NCBI GenBank assembly: GCA_950097015.1
Contig: CATNEN010000030.1
Location: 2,232,001-2,296,000, forward strand
Direction of reading: 5' to 3'
Length of the DNA stretch: 64,000 nucleotides
From: Macrostomum hystrix
Lineage: Eukaryota > Animalia > Platyhelminthes
A model generated the notes under the pieces. It was not told the origin of the DNA, did no database searches, and worked only from the letters and a program-made list of their open reading frames with translations. Each line of letters opens with the position of its first letter. The first letter of the stretch is position 1. Shown here in pieces: positions 21,405 to 38,000 of the stretch. The position numbers were made by a program, and so were the translations under genes.

Positions 21405-22733
21405 CTTCGCTCAGTGTTTTCCGCGGCATTCCGGCCGCAGCCGTTGCTATGGCTGCAGAGCTCGCAGTTGCACACTAGCTCCGCTAGATGTTGGGAATTC
21501 GGCGAATTGCCAAAGCCCTACAAGCGGATACCACCTAAGAATCGACGGGCCGCTGTTCTGAAGGGCACTCGCGACAGATCCCGACCGCTGACTTACGAGC
21601 AGGCCAAGTACCCGGAGCAGATTGGCAGCCAGAAAGGCTGGCAGAGCTGGAACACAGCAGGACTGTTCAAGGAAAGTCTCTACTTCGACGCTGGCACCAC
21701 TAATTATGAGGATCAGCTGATCCGTATTCTGCTGCGCGGAACCTTTCCGGAACTGCTGGCGTCCGAGTGCATTGTCATCAAGCGACAGGTGAGATAATAA
21801 GCGGAGAATGCCTCGTCGCTTACTGCTTAGAGCAGGATAGACAAGGGGAAGACAGATGCAGAAATCGATGCCGATTTAAAAATTAAAGTTATTTTAAACA
21901 TCTAAAGGTGTGGGCAGTTTTTAATAGGATAAACAAATTAATAATAATAATAATTGCAGGAGGGCTGTGGCCAGTGGCACATCATTCAGTGACACTAGAC
22001 CCGCAGCCAGCGAGGAGGCTATTCTGCCCATTTCGCTGACTCCTGAGCACACACGCACACAGATCCCGTACGCAGGCATACGCTCACACAGGTGTGTACA
22101 TCTGCCCTGACTTTCTCATCGTCAGGCAGTGTACATTTAACTGTGCCTTGGAGGTTGGCCCACAATGCACGACAAGCCCCCAAGCCTTCTCTCCGCGGCT
22201 GCGCCCCAAATAAATGTGGCTGCGCCGTGGAATCGAACTTAGGGACCGTGGTGCGAGAGGCAAACGCGATAACCGCTCTGCCACCGACCCCCTCAGATCA
22301 ACAAGTTGCGGATAAAGATCTAATAAGATAGAGTTACTAAAAATAGAGACAAAGTGCGGATACAGGCAAAGAGCGGACAAAGGAGAAAGCAGGGTAGAGA
22401 AGGGCGGATACAGGCAAAAATATGAAAGTTAATTACGTAGGAAAACAATGTTAAAATAAATCCCAGTAGGTAAAGTTTCTAAAAAGTTTTTAAGCGGGTG
22501 CTACAAAAAACAAATCATTGCGAAACCCGAACCCGCAGGGCAACAGTATTCGCGTGGCTCTCATTCTGAAACAGCGCGATGCCGCCCGCACCCATCCGCG
22601 CGATTTGAGCATGCGCTACGCATTTCTGATTGGCTACTCTGAGGAGATCTTGTCTCTGTTATTGCGCTGCGTTGTTCGACTGGAGGTGCAGACGGTCGAT
22701 AGCGAGGTTGATCTGGTTTATAAGTTTGTCTAG
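21405..22733 (+). CDS. MRPS24: Mitochondrial ribosomal protein S24 (uS3m); start codon not present in the first recognisable coding exon
   Basis: Exons 21405-21788 and 22539-22733 (phase 0). Motifs RPLTYEQAKYPEQIGSQKGWQSWNT, EDQLIRILLRGTFP and FLIGYSEEILSLLLRCVVRLEVQTV..VYKFV match the MRPS24 family. Confidence 0.92.
21936..22292 (-). mobile_element. tRNA-derived SINE family A, near full length (MRPS24 intron)
   Basis: Minus strand: GGGGTCGGTGGCAGAGCGG (A box) ... GTTCGATTCC (B box), body of about 250 bp, (ATT)n tail. Three further copies in the window. Confidence 0.9.
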
Positions 22734-22849
22734 TGCTTCACCCAATGCTATCTATTTTGTGCGCTTGTGCTCAATTAGGTTGCTAGGTTGCAACGGTCGT
22801 TTTTTAGATAAAAATTGGGAAAAAGTAATACAATGCTGACATGCAGTAA

Positions 22850-23165
22850 CTAAACAACGGTATTTTTCCTTGGTTACGGCTAAAAATCCTGAATTGTCCC
22901 CAAAATCCGATATCTTTTTACTTAGCAACGGTAGTTTTCCTTAGATACTGATAAAAATCCTGAGTTTTTCCCTAAAATCCGATATCTTGTTACTTAGCAA
23001 CGGTTGTTTTCCTTAGATACGACTAAAAAACCTGAGTTTTCCCTAAAGGACGATATCTGGTTACTTAGCAACGGTAGTTTTCCTTAGATACAGATAAAAA
23101 TCCTGAATTGTCGCCCAAAGGATGTTGTCTTGTTACTTAGCAACGTTAGTTTTCCTTGGTTACGG
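22850..23165. repeat. Degenerate tandem repeat of about 75 bp (CTTAGCAACGGTAGTTTTCCTTAGATAC...AAAAATCCTGA...GATATCTTGTTA), 4-5 copies
   Basis: CTTAGCAACG recurs near 22921, 22993, 23064 and 23136. Confidence 0.8.
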
Positions 23166-23664
23166 CTACGACTGAGATTTTTATTACTAATTGAGCCCTA
23201 AATCCACTGTATTAGTGCAGCGTTATCTAACTTGACGTGTACTTTGTCCCATCTCTTCCTCAGAATAACCCCTAAGACCAGGACACTGGCCCTCTAAAGG
23301 TTAAAAGCTTATCTATTATCAGTCAGTAGTATGCTGCTGTTAATGCAAGTTATTTTTAGACCAATTTTTATGCTTGCAATACGGAATAATACAACTAGGC
23401 CTGTTATTAATTTGTGTCCAATTATATAAATAAAATAAGATATGCTTGCACATACTGTCAGAAATTTTTTCTGCTGTTTTACTGAACATGCGTGTTCGTC
23501 TTTTGAATATAATATATTTCCTTGCTTGCTATTAGTTTGTATGATTGACTAGTCTTTCTTATTGTGGCTATTATTACTATCGTAAAATGTCATTTTCAGC
23601 TTTTTAGTTGTTGCACCAATCTAATTCACACACTGCACTACTCACAGTAAGCCAAAGAGAAAAT

Positions 23665-28071
<4,407 letters not shown>

Positions 28072-28274
28072 TCGGATCTGACTGTCGTTGGCAAACAAGA
28101 CCGACAAGTTGATTCTTAAAAAAATTGATTGAAGTTGATTCTTTAACCTCGGCATTGTGTCCAATTTAAACTTTGCTGCACCCCTTCATAAAACCCCCTA
28201 GCAACCGTGCTTCTCATTCGAATTGGGTTAATGGATAAGACTAGTAACGATACTTCTACGTCATGCTATGCTGT

Positions 28275-28390
28275 ACACCAGGACATACTCCTGTACAGCA
28301 GGACATACTCCTGTACAGCAGGACATATTCCTGTACAGCAGGATATAGCCCTGTACGCCATGACTTTTTCCTTTACAGCGGGACATATAC
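28275..28390. repeat. Short degenerate 20-bp repeat CAGGACATACTCCTGTACAG, about 5 copies
   Basis: Direct periodicity. Confidence 0.85.
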
Positions 28391-29069
28391 CTATAAATAC
28401 TATAAATAAAAATATTTTCACGAAATATTTCTCTTGGGTATTTTAAAGGCACTGTTGATAATGAAATTCACTTTCGAGCAATAATAATAAATAGACTCTC
28501 ACGCCAAAACGTGTCATTGATGAATTCAATTTCTGCGATTTTTACAATTCACAAAGTGAACTTTTTTGCGCTCATGAAGTCAATACGATTATATACCATT
28601 GTATTCAGGTATTGTTATATTTCATTGCCAATATTTCATTTTTCATATTGCAATACAAAATAGCATGCATTTTCATAATGAAAGCTGGTGTTTCTCTATA
28701 TTCACATTTATACAATAACGCACCTCTTATTATATATACTCGTCCTGCTCTGATTCTATTTTTATCCCAGTGTTACAGGGGAGTAACAAAAGTCTCAGGA
28801 GATCAGGCTATTTTGTAGTAAAATCACTTTTGATTCTGCCTGACCTCTAGTTAATCATTTCGCTGCCATTTCTCTTTTTTTATAGGCCTGTCATATTCGT
28901 CTGTCACGTTTTTGATCGATTTTTGAACCCTGTCATATTTCAGTAACTAATTCGTATTCGAGTTTATTTATTTATTTTTCTTTCAATAGAACAAGTTATA
29001 AAATGAAAATAACACACAGTTGCTTTTTTAAATTCTTATTATAAGAAAGATAATGTACTCGTAGTAATG

Positions 29070-29385
29070 ATATTTGCTGGAGTGCTGCGGGCAATGGCAC
29101 ATCAATTAGTGACACTAGACCCGAAGACAGCGAAGAGGCAATTCTGCCCATTTCGCTGACTACCGAGCACACACGCACACAGATGCCGTACACAAGCATG
29201 CACTCACACAGGTGTGTACATCAGGCGACTTTCTCATCGTCAGGTACTGTACACTCACTGTGCTTTCTAGGGTTGGCCCTCAAGGGTGTAAATTTCACGA
29301 CAAGCCACCAAGCCATCTCCGCGGCTGCGCCTCGAATGAATATCGCCTCGCCGCGGAATCGAGCTCAGGACCGAGGTGGTGACTG
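29070..29385 (-). mobile_element. tRNA-derived SINE family A (truncated within the tRNA head)
   Basis: High similarity to 21960-22250 (GACACTAGACCCG..ATTCTGCCCATTTCGCTGACT..GGAATCGAGCTCAGG). Confidence 0.88.
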
Positions 29386-29978
29386 ATTGGTTGACAGACT
29401 TGGCGATGGTGCCCTGTGATTGAGCTGCGCCTAATATTTAGGCTTGATTATTGAAATCAGAGAAATTCGCGTCAGGGTGTCCATAGTGGCCTATTTCCAC
29501 CTATTGTAGCCTTGAAGGTCCAGCAAATCCGTCTAGATAAAGGTAGGTGACCACCAAAGTCGGAGATGATGCAGGCACATTCGGGTGACATGCTAATAAG
29601 TTTTAAAGGCCTGGCAAGGAGGCCGCACTGAGGCGCAGTGCTAATTCATGTATAGGGGTGTATGAAATACACTAGCGCTTATGGCAAAAATCCGACCTTC
29701 GGCCAGAACCATTGAATATATCGACGGTCTTAAGGGCTGGCGACTTGGCTCTTGTCTCAGAAGATGCGCGAAAAAAAGTTGGCCCGTGTTCTTGAGTTTC
29801 GTGTGCTTGCGATGCTCGGTTCGGGTGCAGCACAAAAATTGTCAGGGGCGAAATTTCCTTCTACTGTTAATGTAGTTAAGGTAAAAGAATTAATATTTAT
29901 TTTCTGAAGCAGGATCGTTAAACAAATTTAAAATACCCACCTTGTCTCAATTTTATACTAATTTCAGCGAGCTGCCGA

Positions 29979-32900
29979 ATGTCGCACAAGGTCACGGAGG
30001 AGCAGTCTCGCCTGCTGGAACAGCTGGCTGATGCCATCTTCTCCGGCGCCGATGCGGCCGACGTCCGCCGCAAGTCTATTGCGCAATGCGGCCACATGTT
30101 GCGCAATCATCGCTTCCCCGGCTCCGACTGGCAGAGCGTCAAGCAGCAGCTGGCCGGCCTGTCCAGCAAGCTGCTTGTTCACTCCATGCACCGCGAGGCG
30201 CGCCTACTCGACCAGCTAGTTGAACGACTGCGGCGTCGGCTGCCAGACGATGAAATGCGGCACAATCTGCTGGCCTTTCTGCTGGCCGCCTCCAACAGTC
30301 CCGTGGCCCGCTGGTCTGGCCAGGCCGCCGCAGACATCCCGTCTGACGAGTCCGACTCGGAGAGAGACAAGAAGCCGGACCCGGCGAAGGAGGGCGACAT
30401 CGACTGGCACGCCCTGCTGACGGAAGGCCTCGAACTGAAGTCCGACTATAATGAGGATTCTGGCTCGGAGTGGTCCTCTAACGAAGAGGCCGACTCGTGA
30501 GTTCCTCATGCGTTATTTTTTCTTAGAAGGCATGCCGGGGCTGATTGAAATTGAACTCCACTTTTGCGATTGGACTCGAAATCACATTTGCTTCTGGGAG
30601 TGCATCTTCATTTGCTGATCGTAAAATAATAAAATAATAATAATTGTAGGAGGGCTGCAGGCAACAAACATTCATTTGGTAACACTAGACCCTAACACTT
30701 GGAGTTTGGCCCTCAATGGTGCTAATTGCACGACAAGCCCCCAAGCCTTCTCTCCGCGGCTGCGCCCCAATTTAATGTGGCCTCGCTGCGGAATCGAGCT
30801 CAGGGACATTGGCGCGAGAGGCAAACGCTTTAACGCTCTGCCGCCGACCCCCCTTTGCTGATCTTGCGTCGAACAAATTTGCTGACGCATGATAGGATCA
30901 CATTGACGAAAGTCGTTTTGTAAGACCCCGGAAGTCCGATCTTCTGATGTTGAAAATGTCTTCTACGTCTTCAAATTGAGATTCCATCTCTGTACTGCTT
31001 TTTATTTTAGCGATTTAAACAGAGCGGCGGAACCTGAACCACCTCCCCAGCCTCCGGCCTCGGGTTGGACCCGGCAACCAAATTCATGGAGTCCCCAACG
31101 GCCAGCGTCTGAGCAGCAGCCGCAGCAGCAACAGCTGCAAACTGAATGCCACCTGGCCTTTCTGCGGTCCCACCTGCAACCCGAGTACTGGAAGGATCCG
31201 GGCAGGGGCAGCGTCAATGTTTGTCACCATGGCAAGAGCGCGGATTCAACGGCCAGCCCTGCAGAGCGCTGGGGCCAGCTTCGTTTAGACTGGCAACAGC
31301 TGCTGCTGAGATCCCGCGGCTGCGTTGCCGCATTCGGTGCTGCCCGTGTCGAAGTGACTCAATACCAAGCTGTGCGCGAGACTCTCTGGATGCTGTCCGG
31401 AGCCAGGGACTCCATGCTGTACACCTGGGAGTTATCGACTGCGCCAATTGTCTCAGTCTCCGGCAGAGCCTGCATGCCGCACCTCACCGACGGTGCGCTC
31501 GATCGGTTATTATCCGATTTTGCTACTTTTGGCACCACAGTTGCTAGGCTACGGTTGCTATGCGAACAACTTTTGGGTAGCAACGGAGCGGCAGTAGCGC
31601 CGGCCATGTCGGCGCTGGCGGGCCAACTGCACGCCGATCTGCTGGCTCCGCTGCAGTGCTACTTTCTGCGCCTGGAGTCCGAGTCCAGCCTGATGCGTCT
31701 CCGCTCCGCTCTGTTGCCATGGCAACGGGCGATAGCTGAGGCCGCCGCTCTGGTTAACCGCGTCGTCTGGTCGGACGCCGACGCAGCGTCGCACGACCCG
31801 GCAGCCGGTGTTCGCCTGCTCGACTGTCTGCAGCGTCAGGCGGCCCGCGCCAACCTGACCGAGTCGCCTTTATATGCCGGCTTCGCTACGCGGGCATTTC
31901 GCCTGTGCCTGCGCCCCCTGCTGGAACAGCTGGATCGTCTGCTGGCCGGGCGTCCGGCTCCGGGCCTGCCCTTCCTGCCGCCGCTGCCGGCCGATCCTCC
32001 GCCGGAGACCGCCTATTGGCTAGCGCCGCCGCCTATTGTAGATCGCGCAGTGCCACAACTGCTCAGACCTCTGCTGCCTGAGCTGACCTCCGCGGCAATG
32101 TCCGCCCACCTGTTGAAGGCCATCAGCGAACGACGCAATCTGCCAGTTTTGTGGCGAAGCGTCTGTCAGATTTGCGAGGCGGCGCCGCTGCATCAGTTGC
32201 TGTTCTCCGACAACGGCGAGCAAAAGTTGCAGCTCCCTGTTCAGACTTTGGCCAGCTATCGGTTGGTGCCAGATTAAATTAATGTAATCTCATGTTTAGG
32301 ACTCAACGATACCCAGAAAATCTGCTTGTCTACTAAGATAACCATCTAAAATAGACTTAACAGTAGAAAGACCACAATGTTTTGAGATTCTGGAAGTTGT
32401 TTTATCGGATAGGTCGGAAAATGTTAGCCCAGGTTCCGAATTTTCATAGCGATTGGTTGAATATTTTAGGAGATGAAGAGAAAAAAAAACACGTGGGTAT
32501 TTGAAATATCCCCCGTTAGTCTTTCTACTGTTAACGACGATTGCCTCTCTATTATCCCATCTCAGCTGCGCTCCCACCCTGCCGGACACGGAGGCCAGCC
32601 GTCTCCAAGCTGAGTCGCCTCTGCTTTGGCGCAGCGTCCAGCTGCTTCCGCCGCCGATGCCGCCTCCGCCACCTCCGCCCCGCCCCAAAATAGAAGGAGG
32701 CATCAACGACGGCGATAATTCTTTGACATCGGCCGGGATGTCAGCATCGGCTAGTCGACGAGTACAATCGGCTATTCGAGATCGCTGTCGTCAGGTCAAC
32801 CGGCTGACTGTGGAATGCCTGACCGGGCCCAAACTGCGCCTAGTTGATTTTGTCAGCTTCGCGCACAACCTCTTCCTAATGCTGGATAGGGACCTGCTCA

Positions 32901-34776
32901 CACCGCTGTGCGAGCTGCTCTATGCTGAGCTGCGGGCTGGCCAGCCGGCCTGCGATGAGCTGGCGCTCAATCTCAACCTGCGAGCCTGCCTGCTGGCTGG
33001 CCGGTCCGCCCAGTTTGCGAACTCCGTCTGGCTGACGCTGCAATCTGCCGCCGCTCAGCATTCTGATTCATCGGCTGACAATGTTGAGCCCACCGACACT
33101 GGCCTAACCCTGATTGACAGTCTCCGCTTGAACTGTGAACCGCCATGGCCGCTGGGAATTGTGCTCACCGAGACTGCCCTGCAGGTCTGGCCTGGGACAA
33201 TGGGAGATTGTTGATTCGGGATGTATGGGGAGCATAAGGAGATGGAGTGTGGAGAAATTGTGTGATGGGACTTTAGGGTGGGGAGAAGTTGTGAGGGGAC
33301 TATTAAATGTAGAAAAAATGTGTGATGGGACTTTAGGGTGGGGAGAAATAGTGTGATGGAACTTTGGAGTGGGAGAAATAGTGTGAGGGGACTTTAGGGT
33401 GGGGAGAAATAGTGTGATGGGACTATGGAGTGGGAGAAATAGTGTGATGGGACTATGGAGTGGGAGAAATAGTGTGATGGAACTTTGGAGTGGGAGAAAT
33501 AGTGTGAGGGGACTTTAGGGTGGGGAGAAATAGTGTGATGGGACTATGGAGTGGGAGAAATAGTGTGATGGGACTATGGAGTGGGAGAAATAGTGTGATG
33601 GGACTATGGAGTGGAAGAAATAGTGTGATGGGACTATGGAGTGGGAGAAATAGTGTGAGGGGACTTTAGGGTGGGGAGAAATAGTGTGATGGGACTATGG
33701 AGTGGGAGAAATAGTGTGATGGGACTATGGAGTGGGAGAAATAGTGTGAGGGGACTTTAGGGTGGGGAGAAATAGTGTGATGGGACTATGGAGTGGGAGA
33801 AATAGTGTGAGGGGACTTTAGGGTGGGGAGAAATAGTGTGATGGGACTATGGAGTGGGAGAAATAGTGTGAGGGGACTATGGAGTGGGAGAAATAGTGTG
33901 AGGGGACTTTAGGGTGGGGAGAAATTGTGTGATGGGACTTTGGAGTGGGGATAAATTGTGTGAGGGGACTTTGAAGTAGGGAGAAATCGTGTGATGGAAC
34001 TATGGAATGGGGGAAATCGTGTGAGGAGACTTTGGAGTGGGTGGGGAATGGAGTTTGGAGAGGATGCAGTGGGAGGAGACGTCCCTGGGGAGATGTGTAC
34101 AAAAATGCTTTCCGTTGCAGTGAAAGAATCGGTACAATATGAAAAGAGAAGTTAACAAATGCACAGAGAATGCCATATATTCCATCACCGGTACCTGTCT
34201 ATCCAGGTCTACGCCGAGTCGTTTCGCTGGCTATTGAAGCTGCGCTGCGCCAAGGAGCTGCTCGAACGCCTTCGCTTCGACGGCCTGCGCTGCGCCGACA
34301 ATGCCGGCCAGCGCTACCGAGTCTACAGTCTGCGCCAGCAGCTGTTGCACCTGCTGACCGCCTTTCATCAGGTCAGCCTTCACCGGCTAGCCGCGGCTGC
34401 CGCTCAGCTGCCAGACCGCCTGTCCGCCTGCCAGGCCGGGCCAGATGAGCTCAGGTGTGTGCTCAATCAGTTCTCGGCTAGGTGCGCCCAGGTGTGCCTT
34501 GTCAGCGGCTCCGGTGCGGCTTCGACAGCTCCGGCTGCAGCCGCTTCCTCCTTAGCTGCCACACCGCGAATACGCCAGATGATGTCCAATCTGTTCCGCT
34601 GCTCAGTTGTGTTCTCTAGGCGATGGTCAGCGGATCAGCTCACGCCAGGTGTTGTTGAATCTCTGCAGGCCCAGCTGGACTCGGGCCGGCAGTTCTTTGC
34701 TACTTTTGTGGCTACCTTTGCCAAGACTGGCCTAGCCGAGCACATTGAGCCGCTAGTGTCGGCCATGGCTAGCTGA
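29979..34776 (+). CDS. TUBGCP5: Gamma-tubulin complex component 5 (Spc97/Spc98 family), about 985 aa
   Basis: Exons 29979-30496, 31011-32261, 32566-33184, 34207-34776 are phase-consistent (2958 nt). GCP5-type motifs: LLAFLLAASNSP..DIDWHALLTEG, EVTQYQAVRETLWMLSG, LVDFVSFAHNLFLM, PPWPLGIVL..VYAESFRWLLKLRCAK. Confidence 0.88.
30622..30852 (-). mobile_element. tRNA-derived SINE family A with internal deletion (GCP5 intron 1)
   Basis: Intact head GGGGTCGGCGGCAGAGCG..CTCGATTCC and (ATT)n tail; about 130 bp of body is missing relative to 21936-22292. Confidence 0.88.
33245..34045. repeat. G-rich minisatellite, 30-31-bp unit GGGACTATGGAGTGGGAGAAATAGTGTGAT (GCP5 intron 3)
   Basis: Direct periodicity with two alternating variants; degenerate edges. 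Confidence 0.95.
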
Positions 34777-35049
34777 GGTAGTTTTGTAATTTAAACTGAT
34801 TGTCTCGAGCTTTCAATGAATTCGCAGTTTTAAATTAGTTAGTATTTGCTACTAAAATAATACACCGCTAAGCTGGCTAGGCAGTCTGGTGCTGCTTTGC
34901 TTCCAATTTTTTATCTAATTAAAGAACCGACACTTTAAAAGGTGTCCTCATTTCCATATGTTCTACTTTGGCTTATTTAATTTAAGCATTTTATAGCGTG
35001 TTTCTGATGTCTGCGTAGTAGTAGTATCACTCGATTTTGTGACTACTTT

Positions 35050-38000
35050 TCATTGGTAAATCTTAATTTTCTTAAAAAACTCCCAATTCAGAAGGAATGG
35101 AAAGCGCCTCTTCAGACTATTTTATCTTCGTCTTAACTTAACTGCCATCCCATGATTGTATTATTCGATGGAATCACTGCAATCTCATGATTGTATTATT
35201 CGATGGAATCACTGCAATCCCATCATTGTCTTATTCGATGGAATCACTGCAATCTCATGATTGTATTATTCGATGGGATCACTGCAATCCCATGATTGTA
35301 TTATTCGATGGAATTACTGCAATCCCATGATTGTATTATTCGATGGAATCACTGCAATCTCATGATTGTATTATTCGATGGGATCACTGCAATCCCATCA
35401 TTGTATTATTCGATGGAATCACTGCAATCCCATGATTGTATTATTCGATGGAATTACTGCAATCCCATGATTGTATTATTCGATGGAATCACTGCAATCC
35501 CATGATTGTATTATTCGATGGAATTACTGCAATCCCATGATTGTATTATTCGATGGAATCACTGCAATCCCATGATTGTATTATTCGATGGAATCACTGC
35601 AATCCCATGATTGTCTTATTCGATGGAATCACTGCAATCTCATGATTGTATTATTCGATGGAATCACTGCAATCCCATCATTGTATTATTTGATGGAATC
35701 ACTGCAATCCCATGATTGTATTATTCGATGGAATCACTGCAATCCCATGATTGTATTATTCGATGGAATCACTGCAATCCCATCATTGTATTATTCGATG
35801 GAATCACTGCAATCCCATCATTGTATTATTCGATGGAATCACTGCAATCCCATGATTGTATTATTCGATGGAATCACTGCAATCCCATCATTGTATTATT
35901 CAATGGGATCACTGCAATCCCATCATTGTATTATTCGATGGGATCACTGCAATCCCATCATTGTATTATTCGATGGGATCACTGCAATCCCATCATTGTA
36001 TTATTCGATGGAATTACTGCAATCCCATGATTGTATTATTCGATGGGATCACTGCAATCCCATCATTGTATTATTCGATGGGATCACTGCAATCCCATCA
36101 TTGTATTATTCGATGGAATCACTGCAATCCCATCATTGTATTATTCGATGGAATCACTGCAATCCCATGATTGTATTATTCGATGGAATCACTGCAATCC
36201 CATGATTGTATTATTCGATGGAATCACTGCAATCTCATGATTGTATTATTCGATGGGATCACTGCAATCCCATCATTGTATTATTCGATGGAATCACTGC
36301 AATCCCATGATTGTATTATTCGATGGAATTACTGCAATCCCATGATTGTATTATTCGATGGAATCACTGCAATCCCATGATTGTATTATTCGATGGAATC
36401 ACTGCAATCCCATGATTGTATTATTCGATGGAATCACTGCAATCCCATCATTGTCTTATTCGATGGAATCACTGCAATCCCATCATTGTATTATTCGATG
36501 GAATCACTGCAATCCCATCATTGTCTTATTCGATGGAATCACTGCAATCCCATCATTGTATTATTCGATGGAATCACTGCAATCCCATGATTGTATTATT
36601 CGATGGAATCACTGCAATCCCATGATTGTATTATTCGATGGAATCACTGCAATCCCATGATTGTCTTATTCGATGGAATCACTGCAATCTCATGATTGTA
36701 TTATTCGATGGAATCACTGCAATCCCATCATTGTATTATTTGATGGAATCACTGCAATCCCATGATTGTATTATTCGATGGAATCACTGCAATCCCATGA
36801 TTGTATTATTCGATGGAATCACTGCAATCCCATCATTGTATTATTCGATGGAATCACTGCAATCCCATCATTGTATTATTCGATGGAATCACTGCAATCC
36901 CATGATTGTATTATTCGATGGAATCACTGCAATCCCATCATTGTATTATTCAATGGGATCACTGCAATCCCATCATTGTATTATTCGATGGGATCACTGC
37001 AATCCCATCATTGTATTATTCGATGGGATCACTGCAATCCCATCATTGTATTATTCGATGGAATCACTGCAATCCCATGATTGTATTATTCGATGGAATT
37101 ACTGCAATCCCATGATTGTATTATTCGATGGAATCACTGCAATCCCATGATTGTATTATTCGATGGAATCACTGCAATCCCATGATTGTATTATTCGATG
37201 GAATCACTGCAATCCCATCATTGTCTTATTCGATGGGATCACTGCAATCCCATCATTGTATTATTCGATGGAATCACTGCAATCCCATCATTGTCTTATT
37301 CGATGGAATCACTGCAATCCCATCATTGTATTATTCGATGGAATCACTGCAATCCCATGATTGTATTATTCGATGGAATCACTGCAATCCCATGATTGTA
37401 TTATTCGATGGAATCACTGCAATCCCATGATTGTCTTATTCGATGGAATCACTGCAATCTCATGATTGTATTATTCGATGGAATCACTGCAATCCCATCA
37501 TTGTATTATTTGATGGAATCACTGCAATCCCATGATTGTATTATTCGATGGAATCACTGCAATCCCATGATTGTATTATTCGATGGAATCACTGCAATCC
37601 CATCATTGTATTATTCGATGGAATCACTGCAATCCCATCATTGTATTATTCGATGGAATCACTGCAATCCCATGATTGTATTATTCGATGGAATCACTGC
37701 AATCCCATCATTGTATTATTCGATGGGATCACTGCAATCCCATCATTGTATTATTCGATGGAATTACTGCAATCCCATGATTGTATTATTCGATGGGATC
37801 ACTGCAATCCCATCATTGTATTATTCGATGGGATCACTGCAATCCCATCATTGTATTATTCGATGGAATCACTGCAATCCCATCATTGTATTATTCGATG
37901 GAATCACTGCAATCCCATGATTGTATTATTCGATGGAATCACTGCAATCCCATGATTGTATTATTCGATGGAATCACTGCAATCTCATGATTGTATTATT

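Noticed and set aside
22106-22126. Hammerhead-like CTGACGA..GAAA on the minus strand of SINE A
   Set aside because: Only 3 nt separate the two core motifs (no stem II), and CTGAC is itself paired in a simple hairpin.
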